The notes under the pieces are model-generated. The model was not told the DNA's origin, did no database searches, and was given only the letters and a program-made list of their open reading frames with translations. From positions 1 through 61,885 of the forward strand of contig CALDFW010000017.1 in NCBI GenBank assembly GCA_937942165.1: 61,885 bases of DNA, in the 5' to 3' direction. The translations under genes were made by a program, and so were the position numbers. The stretch is from an uncultured bacterium (GTDB taxonomy: Bacteria > Latescibacterota > UBA2968 > UBA8231). Positions 34,858 through 43,638 of the stretch are shown here, piece by piece (within the stretch, counting starts at the first letter, position 1; each line of letters opens with the position of its first letter).

Positions 34858-36432
34858 TTAATCCGCACCTACCGTCTCGACAAGAGCGCGTTCGGAAAGC
34901 TCTCCGCTTACATATCGCTGAAGATCAGCGACGATCACACGAAATGCTCGTTCTCCACGCACGCGCGCCTGAGACGACTTATCCCGCTGGTGATGCCAGG
35001 GCAGCACTTCTCTGAGATAGCGAGCCTCTATCGCGTTCTGCGTCGTAGGATCGGCCTGGACAATCCGCAGTGAGCGTATTTCGCCAAAGTTAATATTAGG
35101 CGTTCCCACACCATTTATAAGCGCGGATATCTGCCCCCACCCAGAAGGTGTTTTAAAAAAAAGCCAGGTATAGTACGGATTGATTCCGCTCAGACGCACT
35201 AAGTCTACAAAACAGCCGACGTTTGCCTTTCCAGAACCCGCATATACCGCCATCCTGTTGCGCCCCAAAGCTCCCGCGCCCGAGCGTGGAAAGAGTAAAT
35301 CCCCAGCCCGTACTCTACTCCTCTCTGGGTCGAATTCACCGCAGGCCTCTACGCGTATCAGACCGCTCTCGTCGAGTCCAGTCTCAACGATATCTCCTTG
35401 GCGAATAATCGACGTGCCCTCTGCTACGGGGGCCGGCTTTCGCCCCGTCACGATTGGACCATAGGTAAGGTGTTCAATAAAATGTCCCAGAGGCTGGGTG
35501 GAAAAGCGCCTATTGAGCTGACGTACCAACGACGCCCCACGCCAGTATCCGACGTCCCATCGTCTGTTAACAAAGGAGGTTTGACGTACCCTACACGTCG
35601 ATAATAATGCCCCTTTGCCCCGACCTACCTGCGCTAGAAATGGGGACACTTCAGACTGTTTCACATTCGTCTTAGGTCTGTAGAGACGAGTGGTATGACT
35701 TCTGCGGTTTTGCCCCTTTTTAAAGATAATTGCGGCGGTTTTTGCATTGAGCCCCCTACCGCGAAAAACAGAAGGAGGCAGTTCAATTACTTCTGTCAGG
35801 ATAAAATCGCGTAAGAGATGATCGCGCGCAGACTGCAGCTTTGCGTTGGCCAAGACACCCTCTGGAAGCACGAGCACACCCCATCCCCCGGGGCTGAGCA
35901 CCTGCAGTGCACGCTCGATAAAGAGTAACTCTATGGGATAGCTGTCCCGGTTTTCACCCAGACCTTTCCACAGTGGAAAACGCTCGGCTAAGTTGCGCGC
36001 AGCCGGCTCCCCCATGGCCGCATAGAAATTGGCCATCTTACCGAAGGGCGGATTGCCGACTACGATATCAAAAGTACCGTCCTCCACCCCGTCAAACACG
36101 CCCAATAACCCGTCACCGGTGAGCGAATTGCCCGAACGGTCCGCCCAACGTTGGTCGATCTCGATCCCATACGCATCTTCTGGCCGCACCGTTCCACTCT
36201 CAATGAGTACGTCTAGCCAAACCCCCGCTCCAGCCGCTAGATCAATGGCTCGTATATCTCGCTCTGATTGGTCTACGCAGCGCTTTTGCACGAGGCGCCA
36301 AAGTTCGAGGACCACGTTACGAGGCGTAAAATACTGCGCCAACTGGACATCGGGCTCAGGAATGTCTCCCGACCTACTCAATTTCGTATCCCCGCCGTTA
36401 CACACGTGTGACCACCCTTCAACTAAAAACAA
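34858..36432 (-). CDS. N6-adenine DNA methyltransferase (HsdM-like gamma class) fused to a single HsdS-like target-recognition domain
   Basis: LAQYFTPRNVV, motif I IDLAAGAGVW and motif IV VVGNPPFGK. The C-terminal half (GDLLFPRSGAGALGRNR..., NPYYTWLFFKT, GVGTPNINFGEIRSLRI) resembles a type I S-subunit TRD. No nuclease motif seen. Non-ATG start (TTG or GTG between 36432 and about 36400). Confidence 0.8.
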   Translation of the reverse strand: MFLVEGWSHVCNGGDTKLSRSGDIPEPDVQLAQYFTPRNVVLELWRLVQKRCVDQSERDIRAIDLAAGAGVWLDVLIESGTVRPEDAYGIEIDQRWADRSGNSLTGDGLLGVFDGVEDGTFDIVVGNPPFGKMANFYAAMGEPAARNLAERFPLWKGLGENRDSYPIELLFIERALQVLSPGGWGVLVLPEGVLANAKLQSARDHLLRDFILTEVIELPPSVFRGRGLNAKTAAIIFKKGQNRRSHTTRLYRPKTNVKQSEVSPFLAQVGRGKGALLSTCRVRQTSFVNRRWDVGYWRGASLVRQLNRRFSTQPLGHFIEHLTYGPIVTGRKPAPVAEGTSIIRQGDIVETGLDESGLIRVEACGEFDPERSRVRAGDLLFPRSGAGALGRNRMAVYAGSGKANVGCFVDLVRLSGINPYYTWLFFKTPSGWGQISALINGVGTPNINFGEIRSLRIVQADPTTQNAIEARYLREVLPWHHQRDKSSQARVRGERAFRVIVADLQRYVSGELSERALVETVGAD

Positions 36433-36546
36433 TTAAAACCATTATAACTAAGTAGCTTTCAAGCCCTATTTAGACTGGCACATTTCCTGCTAAGCAACTT
36501 CCTACGACGCATTCGCTCTTTCCCTTAACAGGCTCAAGGAGATGCT

Positions 36547-36957
36547 ATGTCACAGCTCAAAATGCCGAACATCAATCAAGTTGCGCTCAGCGGACGGCTG
36601 GTCCAAGAACCCGATTTCACTCTGAGTGAAACGGGCACGGCTCGCCTTACAGCGCGCATTGCCGTTAACCGCACCTACCGCGATCGAAACGACGCATGGC
36701 AAGAAGAAACGTCTTTTTTCGATATCGTACTTTGGCAAAAAGCCGCAGAGTCGTTTGCCCAACGACTCCACAAAGGGACTCCGGTTTTTGCCAGCGGACG
36801 CCTCCAAAGTCGCACCTGGCGGGATGCTGAAGAGAAGAGCCATCACAAGACCGATATACAGGTCCGCAACCTGCAAATCTTAGAGCGTGAAGAATCGGAA
36901 AGAGACCTCTCTGACTCGTTTGGGACACCGGAGAACGGATCGCTCACTGCCGCTTAA
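36547..36957 (+). CDS. ssb: Single-stranded DNA-binding protein (OB fold), lacking the canonical acidic C-terminal tip
   Basis: NQVALSGRLVQEPDF, FFDIVLWQKAAE and GTPVFASGRLQSRTW are typical of the SSB OB fold. AAGGAGA SD. The C-terminus ...SFGTPENGSLTAA has no DDDIPF-like end. Confidence 0.8.
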   Translation: MSQLKMPNINQVALSGRLVQEPDFTLSETGTARLTARIAVNRTYRDRNDAWQEETSFFDIVLWQKAAESFAQRLHKGTPVFASGRLQSRTWRDAEEKSHHKTDIQVRNLQILEREESERDLSDSFGTPENGSLTAA

Positions 36958-37035
36958 TACCCCTTTGGCACGGCGGGCAGTCGGGTGCAGTCGGCGGATA
37001 AACGAGACGCGCCACGCACTGTCCGCCGGCCATTT

Positions 37036-38217
37036 CTACTCGTATTGCTCAAAGAGGGCGGCAATACCCATCCCACCACCAATACACAGCGAAGCCACGC
37101 CAAAACGCTCCTTACTGCGCACCATTTCGTGCAGGAGTGTCGTAGCCACGCGGGCGCCACTTGCTCCCACAGCGTGACCCATAGCGATAGCACCCCCATT
37201 CACGTTGACGCGTGCCCAGTCCAAATCCAACTCGCGCCCAACCGCTATACTTTGCGCAGCGAATGCCTCGTTAAGCTCAACCCGTCCAATCCGATCTAAG
37301 CTGAGATCTGCCCGTTTCAAAAGGGTGCGAATAGCAGGAGCTGGTCCAATACCCATAATACGAGGATCAACCCCCGCACTAGCCACCCCTCGAACATAGG
37401 CCAAGGGCTTGAGTCCAGAGGAACGCGCGGTCTCTGCGCGCATCATCAGCAGCAGGGCCGCGCCATCATTAATCCCAGAGGCATTGCCGGCCGTTACCGT
37501 TCCCTCTTTTTTGAAAGCGGGTTTTAATTCGTTGAGCTGTTCTGCCGTCACATCAGGACGCGGATGTTCGTCCACAGAACAGACTACTTGACGCCCTCTT
37601 TCCTCTACGGGTACTGGAATAATTTCACCGTCAAATCGCCCTTCCGATTGAGCCTGTCCCCAGCGCCGCTGACTTTCGACGGCAAAGTCGTCTTGCATGG
37701 CCCGATCTATACTGTATTGCTCAGCCAAGTTTTCTGCCGTCATACCCATATGGCAATCGTAAAAGCAGTCCCAAAGGCCGTCTAAGAGCATCATGTCTTC
37801 AACGGCACCATGGCCCAGCCGCTGCCCCCAGCGAGCTCCGGGCAACACATAGGGAACCTGACTCATATTTTCCATGCCGCCCGCCAACACGACGTCTGCT
37901 GTGCCTGTCTGCAATGCCTGCCAGGCTAGCCCAACCGACTGCAGGCCCGATCCACACAGCTTGTTTATGCTCATAGCCGTGACTTCATAAGGCAGTTGAG
38001 CTGATAGAACGGCCTGCCTAGCCGGATTGGCGCGTGCACCGCCTTGATAGACCATCCCCATTATAACTTCGTCGATGTCTCTACCGGTCAGGTCCGAACG
38101 AACAAGACATTGCTCTATCAGAGTCGCCCCCAAGTCTACAGCAGAGCAATTTTTAAAACAGCCTCCAAAACGTCCCGTCGCCGTGCGCACGGCGTCAACT
38201 ACCACTACATCTTTCAT
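37036..38217 (-). CDS. Acetyl-CoA C-acetyltransferase (thiolase II)
   Basis: INKLCGSGL (active Cys), GHAVGASGAR and CIGGGMG signatures. Confidence 0.93.
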   Translation of the reverse strand: MKDVVVVDAVRTATGRFGGCFKNCSAVDLGATLIEQCLVRSDLTGRDIDEVIMGMVYQGGARANPARQAVLSAQLPYEVTAMSINKLCGSGLQSVGLAWQALQTGTADVVLAGGMENMSQVPYVLPGARWGQRLGHGAVEDMMLLDGLWDCFYDCHMGMTAENLAEQYSIDRAMQDDFAVESQRRWGQAQSEGRFDGEIIPVPVEERGRQVVCSVDEHPRPDVTAEQLNELKPAFKKEGTVTAGNASGINDGAALLLMMRAETARSSGLKPLAYVRGVASAGVDPRIMGIGPAPAIRTLLKRADLSLDRIGRVELNEAFAAQSIAVGRELDLDWARVNVNGGAIAMGHAVGASGARVATTLLHEMVRSKERFGVASLCIGGGMGIAALFEQYE

Positions 38218-38279
38218 GGTGCACTCACTTGCATTGACGATATTCCGTATTATCTCTATTTTTTCAATACTGTTGCCGT

Positions 38280-38522
38280 ATGGAGATCCGAATGGCCTGG
38301 GAAAAAAGCAAAGCGTTTTTAGAAAAGGTGCAGATCAGCAGCATTGTTCTCTATCTTGTCTGTCTCGGCGGCTACGCAATACCCGTCGACGCTTTGCATG
38401 AAACCTATGACGCCGTGCGAGCCGATATTTTTGGCTTCGCTTTTTTCTCGCTCTTCATAGCCTCGACCGTCCTACTCACCTTCGAGAAAGACGATTCGTC
38501 CGAGGAGCCGGCAAAACAGTAG
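38280..38522 (+). CDS. Possible small membrane protein (80 aa)
   Basis: Two hydrophobic segments (ISSIVLYLVCLGGYAI and IFGFAFFSLFIASTVLL). It ends 6 nt before tRNA-Ala, so it may instead be non-coding tRNA leader. Confidence 0.4.
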   Translation: MEIRMAWEKSKAFLEKVQISSIVLYLVCLGGYAIPVDALHETYDAVRADIFGFAFFSLFIASTVLLTFEKDDSSEEPAKQ

Positions 38523-38528
38523 CGAAGG

Positions 38529-38604
38529 GGGGCTGTAGCTCAGTTGGGAGAGCGCGGGCTTTGCAAGCCTGAGGTCGTCGGTTCGATCCCGTCCAGCTCC
38601 ACCA
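38529..38604 (+). tRNA. tRNA-Ala (anticodon UGC), CCA encoded
   Basis: The cloverleaf folds by hand. Acceptor stem GGGGCTG / CAGCTCC includes the G3:U70 alanine identity pair. D-arm AGCTCAGTTGGGAGAGC. Anticodon loop TTTGCAA. T-arm GGTTCGATCC. Ends in ACCA. Confidence 0.95.
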
Positions 38605-38610
38605 TTATTT

Positions 38611-38645
38611 AACCTCTTGCTTTTAAACAAGAGGTTATTTTTTTA
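38611..38645 (+). terminator. Rho-independent terminator after tRNA-Ala
   Basis: Stem AACCTCTTG (38611-38619) / CAAGAGGTT (38628-38636), followed by ATTTTTTTT. Confidence 0.85.
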
Positions 38646-38790
38646 TCGCATAGCCCATCTGTAAAAATATCATTCTACCCTACTCCAATATATTGGTTGA
38701 CGCGTAAAACGGGTATCAGAAACATGCTCTCAGTAGGATAGAGCACTGCAGATCCTTCCCAAAATAAATCGCAGGGTAAAGCCCTTTCTA

Positions 38791-40740
38791 TTAGTAAGCG
38801 ATAGAAACGGCTCTTTCATACGTATGCACTCCACTATCTGCCTGCACTTCTAAACGGAGCACATACAAACCAGGGCTAAGTAACCTTCCATCCCCATCCA
38901 GTCCATCCCATATAACCGTGCTCCTTCCGCTAACCCCATTACCATCTACCACCGCTCCGCGATAGCGTCCTGAAAAATCGAATACACCTAATCGCACCGG
39001 AACGTCTCCCAATATATTGATCAGATCATATTCGACATATAGCTGGTCGTTTATTCCATCCCCATTCGGTGTAAACACCGCCCCGGAAAGCCTCATTGCT
39101 TGAATAGCACGGCTTTTTAAACCAATTAAATCGACTTGGAGTCGGTCTCCGTCCGCCAGAGGATCCGCATCTCCTGGCGTCAATCCCTGTGGCACTTCAT
39201 ATGGCCGTTCACTATGCAATACCTGACCGGAAAAAACCGTACCAATGGCAAAAACCTCCGCTCGAAAATCCACTTCTATTAGTTCACTGGTCAGCTGGGT
39301 ATCGATTAGAGGAATTTGCACGGCGAACCCAGAGCTAGTTATCTCCGCGCGCTTAAAGGAAACGTCCATGCCCCCTATCCGCACGGCATCTATCCCAACA
39401 ATATGAGCCGGTGTACTGACCACAATCGTGTCAAACCCCAAATCATTAGGCAGGAAATGTGGTTTTATCTTATACGTAAAAAGAGTGGGTTTACCAGAAG
39501 GCACTACCACCGGTACAATTTCAGCCAACGCTGCATTCACAACCGGCGGATTCGACACCGCAAATTGCAGGTAATCAAGGGTTCCACTCGCTAGATCAGT
39601 AGAAGAGAAATCCGCGCGCACCTGCACATATTGTCGCGACTTTAGTGCGCCCATATCTCCGCTTCCCATTGTAAAAGGGAAAGCCGTATTCCAAAATGTC
39701 CAGTTCTCTGTATCGTGCGTAACTCCAGCTTTCGCGCCGGACTCTACTTGCTTATACGTGCGTAAGGTCAGGGGTTTTCCCTTTTCATCAAAGCGACTGC
39801 GTTCATCCCCCCTAAAGGTGAAACGCCAGTAATTGTTGGGATCATCATCGTCCCCAGCACGCATACTTAATTCTATATTTGCACCTGGATCTTGCTGACC
39901 GCTCCAAATTAGGGGTCCAATACTGGCAGGCCCCCCTAGGTCAATGACATTAGAAACAAAGCTAGAGAAAGGAGCAGGACCGATGCCATAAATCTCAAAC
40001 TCGGCCACCTCCCAGATACCACGCGTATTCTCTGGTCCCTCAAAGAGCACGTACCGCACGGGCGTGCGAGGCATAACTAGGTTTATAGTGGGCTGCGCAT
40101 TTTCGCTGATGTTATGGACGACGTCTACATCGAAATCAGCAAAGCGCAGACGATATTCTCGCGTTCCGTCTTTAAGTGGATCCCCATCATTAATGCCAAT
40201 TAGAAACTTCTCAATAAAGCGATGAGTTTTAAATTTCTCACGTGGGAAGAGGCGGATTCGATCCAGCAAAAACCGTCCTCCAAGATCGAAAAGCCAATAT
40301 TTTTCTTGCGGCCCCAGACCAGAAACGCGCACGTAATGACCATCTCCCAAGTATGCGGTTTCAGGATCCCCATCGAATATAACCGCGTCTCCCTCCTCGC
40401 GATTTTTCCAACCTGCCCATTCCAATATTTGGATTTGCCCACCAAATTCGCTTTCGATCAGCGGCGTTAAGTTGATGTTGGGATTGAGCCGAACGGGGGC
40501 GATTGATCCATTGGCGACATCTAATTGCCTAAGTTCACCGTGAAGGGTAGGTTCAGCACTGACCCAATCGAGCTGCACGAATTCGTGTGAAACAGGAATG
40601 TCCGGAGCAGGTAGAGAGGCCCCACCAATCCGATAGATCGTTAGAGCGTTAGCAGACTGGAGAACGATAAAAACTAATAGTATGGCGAAGGAAACCGAGT
40701 GTTTTCTATTCACTACAACCCCAATTCTCTTACCAATCAA
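38791..40740 (-). CDS. Secreted protein with a discoidin (F5/8 type C)-like domain and a C-terminal FlgD-Ig / T9SS-like domain
   Basis: N-terminal signal/TM (SVSFAILLVFIVLQSANA). FDGDPETAY...YWLFDLGGRFLLDRIRLFPRE...WEVAEFEIYG resembles a galactose-binding-like domain. C-terminus FTPNGDGINDQL...VIWDGLDGDGRLLSPGLYVLRLEV. Confidence 0.7.
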   Translation of the reverse strand: MIGKRIGVVVNRKHSVSFAILLVFIVLQSANALTIYRIGGASLPAPDIPVSHEFVQLDWVSAEPTLHGELRQLDVANGSIAPVRLNPNINLTPLIESEFGGQIQILEWAGWKNREEGDAVIFDGDPETAYLGDGHYVRVSGLGPQEKYWLFDLGGRFLLDRIRLFPREKFKTHRFIEKFLIGINDGDPLKDGTREYRLRFADFDVDVVHNISENAQPTINLVMPRTPVRYVLFEGPENTRGIWEVAEFEIYGIGPAPFSSFVSNVIDLGGPASIGPLIWSGQQDPGANIELSMRAGDDDDPNNYWRFTFRGDERSRFDEKGKPLTLRTYKQVESGAKAGVTHDTENWTFWNTAFPFTMGSGDMGALKSRQYVQVRADFSSTDLASGTLDYLQFAVSNPPVVNAALAEIVPVVVPSGKPTLFTYKIKPHFLPNDLGFDTIVVSTPAHIVGIDAVRIGGMDVSFKRAEITSSGFAVQIPLIDTQLTSELIEVDFRAEVFAIGTVFSGQVLHSERPYEVPQGLTPGDADPLADGDRLQVDLIGLKSRAIQAMRLSGAVFTPNGDGINDQLYVEYDLINILGDVPVRLGVFDFSGRYRGAVVDGNGVSGRSTVIWDGLDGDGRLLSPGLYVLRLEVQADSGVHTYERAVSIAY

Positions 40741-40840
40741 CTATCATGAGTAGCAGTAACCAACAGGCCACGCCCGCACCCGCGCATGCTCTTATTTAGA
40801 CGTAGTACACCCGGATCGCATCTTTCTAAAACACCACCTA

Positions 40841-41713
40841 TTAGGGTACACTGTAAACGCCAAAGCCCGAGGCAAAAAGCCACAACACACCACATATTTG
40901 CAGTGGCCTATCTTTCCATACGACATACGTTGGGTTGTCCCCACTTCCCAAGTGATAGGCAATATACAAGTAGCGAAGAAGTCCATATAGGACGAAGGGA
41001 ATCGTCCACTGCATACGCGTCCCCACACCAGTCGTATCCCCAACCCCTATAGCATACAGTGCATAACACACTAGTGTTGCAGCAGTCAATACGGAAATCA
41101 TTTGATCGAGGAAGGGCAAGCTATACGCTTCGAGAATCGACCGATGATCTACCGCTCGTTCTTCTAACGCTACAAGCTCCTGTCGCCTCTTAATGGTGGC
41201 AAGAAAGAGAGCCAGCATAAACGTGCAAAGGATAAACCAAGTAGATATAAAGACCTGAATAGCCAGAGCTCCGCCTAGCGCACGCAGTAGAAAGCCCGAA
41301 GCCACGATGAGAACGTCCAAAAGAACGACGTGTTTGAGGCGAATAGAATAGGCAATATTGATCAGAGCATAGGTCAGTGCAACCCATCCGAAGCCCTCAT
41401 TCAACCGAAACCCAGCCCATAGACTAAGGAAAGAAAGCAATACCGCCGTAAAAACTGCAGCACCCAAAGGAACGTGACCCGCGGCTATCGGTCTTTTTGA
41501 TTTAAGCGGATGAACTCGATCCCGCTCGCGATCCATCACATCATTCAATAGGTATACCGCACCACTGAGCAAACAGAAGCACAGTGCGGCCCACGCGCTG
41601 CGTAAAAGGTAGTCTACATCGAAGAGATGCTGAGAAAAAAGAATAGCGGGAAAAACAAAAACATTTTTTACCCACTGGCGAGGACGCGTAGAAATTAGGA
41701 GTGAATAGAGCAT
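40841..41713 (-). CDS. UbiA-family prenyltransferase (decaprenyl-phosphate phosphoribosyltransferase-like)
   Basis: TRPRQWVKNVFVF N-terminus, the Asp-rich motif LLNDVMDRERD, and about 8 TM helices. 290 aa. Confidence 0.8.
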   Translation of the reverse strand: MLYSLLISTRPRQWVKNVFVFPAILFSQHLFDVDYLLRSAWAALCFCLLSGAVYLLNDVMDRERDRVHPLKSKRPIAAGHVPLGAAVFTAVLLSFLSLWAGFRLNEGFGWVALTYALINIAYSIRLKHVVLLDVLIVASGFLLRALGGALAIQVFISTWFILCTFMLALFLATIKRRQELVALEERAVDHRSILEAYSLPFLDQMISVLTAATLVCYALYAIGVGDTTGVGTRMQWTIPFVLYGLLRYLYIAYHLGSGDNPTYVVWKDRPLQICGVLWLFASGFGVYSVP

Positions 41714-41745
41714 TAGTTGCCTTTGCTAAACGCTTATTTTCCGGC

Positions 41746-42390
41746 CTAGGAAATGGGCTTGTCGTCTTCTACTATTTGGTCTCCCCCCTGCTGTTTTGCT
41801 AAGTCCAGAGCCGCACTCAATCGCTGTAAGATGCTTTCACCAACGGCTTTGGCCTCAAGTTTACCCGAGGCGGGCTCAGGGTCGACCAACACCGTTCCGA
41901 TACTAAGCGTCAAACCGACCGCATCTTCCCCACAGGAAAAATGGCGCGATACGGACCGCGCTCTAAGTTGACGCGTGCGACGCTTGCCACTGTCGTCCCC
42001 CGCATCGGGCATCAGTATAATAAAGTTAGCCCCATCGACGTGGACGATCTTTTCTCCCTCTTCCACAGTTTCTTTTAAGAAAGTGGCAACGCCTTTAACT
42101 ATTTCATCCCCACCAATGCGCCCAAAGCGCATGTTGATATCTCCAAGTTTGTCAGGAGCTATAATTATGCAAATGAAGCTCTTACCCGTCTCGTTAGCCT
42201 GCGCTATAATCGGAGGTAGAAATACCGTTGAGAAACAAACTTTATTGGGTAACCCCGTTAGATCGTCGGTGCCAGCAATGCGCATCCAACGACGATTGCT
42301 TGCGCGCAGTTTTTCATTCTCTACACGCAACCGCTCAACTTCTGCCTGTAGCTCATTGACCTCTTCGCTCATACCCAGTCCTATTCTCAA
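41746..42390 (-). CDS. GGDEF-domain protein (putative diguanylate cyclase) with only a short coiled-coil N-terminus
   Basis: Coiled coil NELQAEVERLRVENEKLRA, then DDLTGLPNK and the active-site variant RIGGDEI. No RxxD I-site is seen upstream of the motif. Confidence 0.75.
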   Translation of the reverse strand: MRIGLGMSEEVNELQAEVERLRVENEKLRASNRRWMRIAGTDDLTGLPNKVCFSTVFLPPIIAQANETGKSFICIIIAPDKLGDINMRFGRIGGDEIVKGVATFLKETVEEGEKIVHVDGANFIILMPDAGDDSGKRRTRQLRARSVSRHFSCGEDAVGLTLSIGTVLVDPEPASGKLEAKAVGESILQRLSAALDLAKQQGGDQIVEDDKPIS

Positions 42391-42463
42391 CCATCACGCA
42401 GTTTAAAAACACGTATCAAATCGTTTGCCGCTTTTTTTGAGTCAACTTACATTAAAACAAGTA

Positions 42464-42973
42464 ATGAAATCCATCTCTATGTTGCCAATGAACAGTATAT
42501 ACTTAATCAGCTTTTTCGCTTCTACAGCAGTTCTGGCTTTGCTGATCTTATGGTACATTCGCAGACAAAAGTATCGGCAGACTCAGCTACGCCTCTTGGG
42601 AGGCAGACGGCATATTCTGGACGAGGAAATCGCTGCACAGACAGCATTGCTCCAGGCAATCGATAGCCGCCATCTGGAAAACCTGTGCGAACAGGCTAAA
42701 AGTGCGTTAGATGAACTTAATATAGCGCTTGTTGAGAGACAGGCCCATCTACTTAACTATGCAGATCTTGCCCACCTTCAAGAATATAAGATACAGCTAT
42801 ATGATGGAGATATAAATAACACATCTTCATCACCCGCCTCTGGACACTCTGATGGAGAAGAGGAAAACGCAGCCCCACCGCCCTCCCCTCTCCCCAAAGA
42901 GAACCCAAAAGGTCGCACCCAGATTGAGAATCAGCTGTTGAAGAAAATTGGACAGATAAACAAAGATCAGTAA
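42464..42973 (+). CDS. Uncharacterised membrane-anchored coiled-coil protein
   Basis: ORF 42425-42973 (TTG start). ATG at 42464 gives MKSISMLPMNSIYLISFFASTAVLALLILWY (TM), then a coiled-coil-like region and an acidic/Pro-rich tail. Confidence 0.55.
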   Translation: MKSISMLPMNSIYLISFFASTAVLALLILWYIRRQKYRQTQLRLLGGRRHILDEEIAAQTALLQAIDSRHLENLCEQAKSALDELNIALVERQAHLLNYADLAHLQEYKIQLYDGDINNTSSSPASGHSDGEEENAAPPPSPLPKENPKGRTQIENQLLKKIGQINKDQ

Positions 42974-43010
42974 AAAAATGCGGCCCGTCCCCTTGGGGAA
43001 CGAGCCGCAT
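42972..43010 (-). terminator. Rho-independent terminator of frr
   Basis: Imperfect GC-rich hairpin ATGCGGCCCGTCCCC / GGGGAACGAGCCGCAT (42978-43010). On the minus strand it is followed by T7 (42978-42972). Confidence 0.7.
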
Positions 43011-43033
43011 ACCTACCAGTAATCACCGGGGAT

Positions 43034-43594
43034 CTATACTTCCATGATCTCCGCTTCTTTATTTTTTACAATCTCATCAATGCGAGCTATAAAGTCGTCA
43101 GTTAGCTTTTGAATCTGTTCCTGACCGTGACGCGAGTCGTCCTCAGACATCTCGCCCTCTTTCTGAGCATCCTGGAGCATATCAATCCCGTCACGCCGTC
43201 CATGACGCACTGCAACGCGCGCATCTTCGCCTCGCTGACGAGCAATCTTAGTGATATCGCGACGCCGTTCCTCAGTCAGTTCGGGAATGGGTAGACGAAT
43301 TACAGACCCATCGTTGGCCGGATTCAAACCCAAGTTCTTTTCGGCTCGAATAGCCTTCTCAATCTCGGGAATTAGGTTCGCTTCCCACGGCTTAATAACA
43401 ATCAGCCTAGGCTCGGGAACGCTCAGCGTCGCCACCTGGTTGATGGGTGACTGATTCCCGTAGTATTCAACCTTAAGATGCTCGAGCATGGCCGTAGATG
43501 CACGACCCGTACGAATAGCAGATAGATCGCGTCTGAGCGCTTCTAACGTGCTATCCATACTGCTCTTTACTTCTTCAAGGACTTCTTCTAACAT
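43034..43594 (-). CDS. frr: Ribosome recycling factor
   Basis: 186 aa with LRRDLSAIRTGRAS, VEYYG and ERRRDITK, typical of RRF. Confidence 0.95.
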   Translation of the reverse strand: MLEEVLEEVKSSMDSTLEALRRDLSAIRTGRASTAMLEHLKVEYYGNQSPINQVATLSVPEPRLIVIKPWEANLIPEIEKAIRAEKNLGLNPANDGSVIRLPIPELTEERRRDITKIARQRGEDARVAVRHGRRDGIDMLQDAQKEGEMSEDDSRHGQEQIQKLTDDFIARIDEIVKNKEAEIMEV

Positions 43595-43638
43595 AATTTG
43601 ACCTCACTTCACTTGCGCAGTGCACCACCGCAGGTAGG

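Noticed and set aside
34823-36546. Restriction endonuclease or other defence partner flanking the methyltransferase-TRD gene.
   Set aside because: The neighbours are cysK, 35 nt downstream on the same strand, and ssb, which is divergent. There are no unassigned ORFs of suitable size. I therefore treat it as a solitary methyltransferase rather than claiming an R-M or defence system.
36990-37030. Hairpin (G)TCGGCGGA ... TCCGCCG(GC) between the convergent ssb and thiolase genes, considered as a bidirectional terminator.
   Set aside because: The loop is long (23 nt) and no proper T-run follows on either strand. It is too weak to call as a feature.
38605-40840. Integrase, attachment-site repeat or prophage boundary next to tRNA-Ala.
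   Set aside because: No tyrosine or serine recombinase-like ORF is present, and I could spot no duplicate of the tRNA 3' end. The adjacent genes are ordinary envelope proteins.
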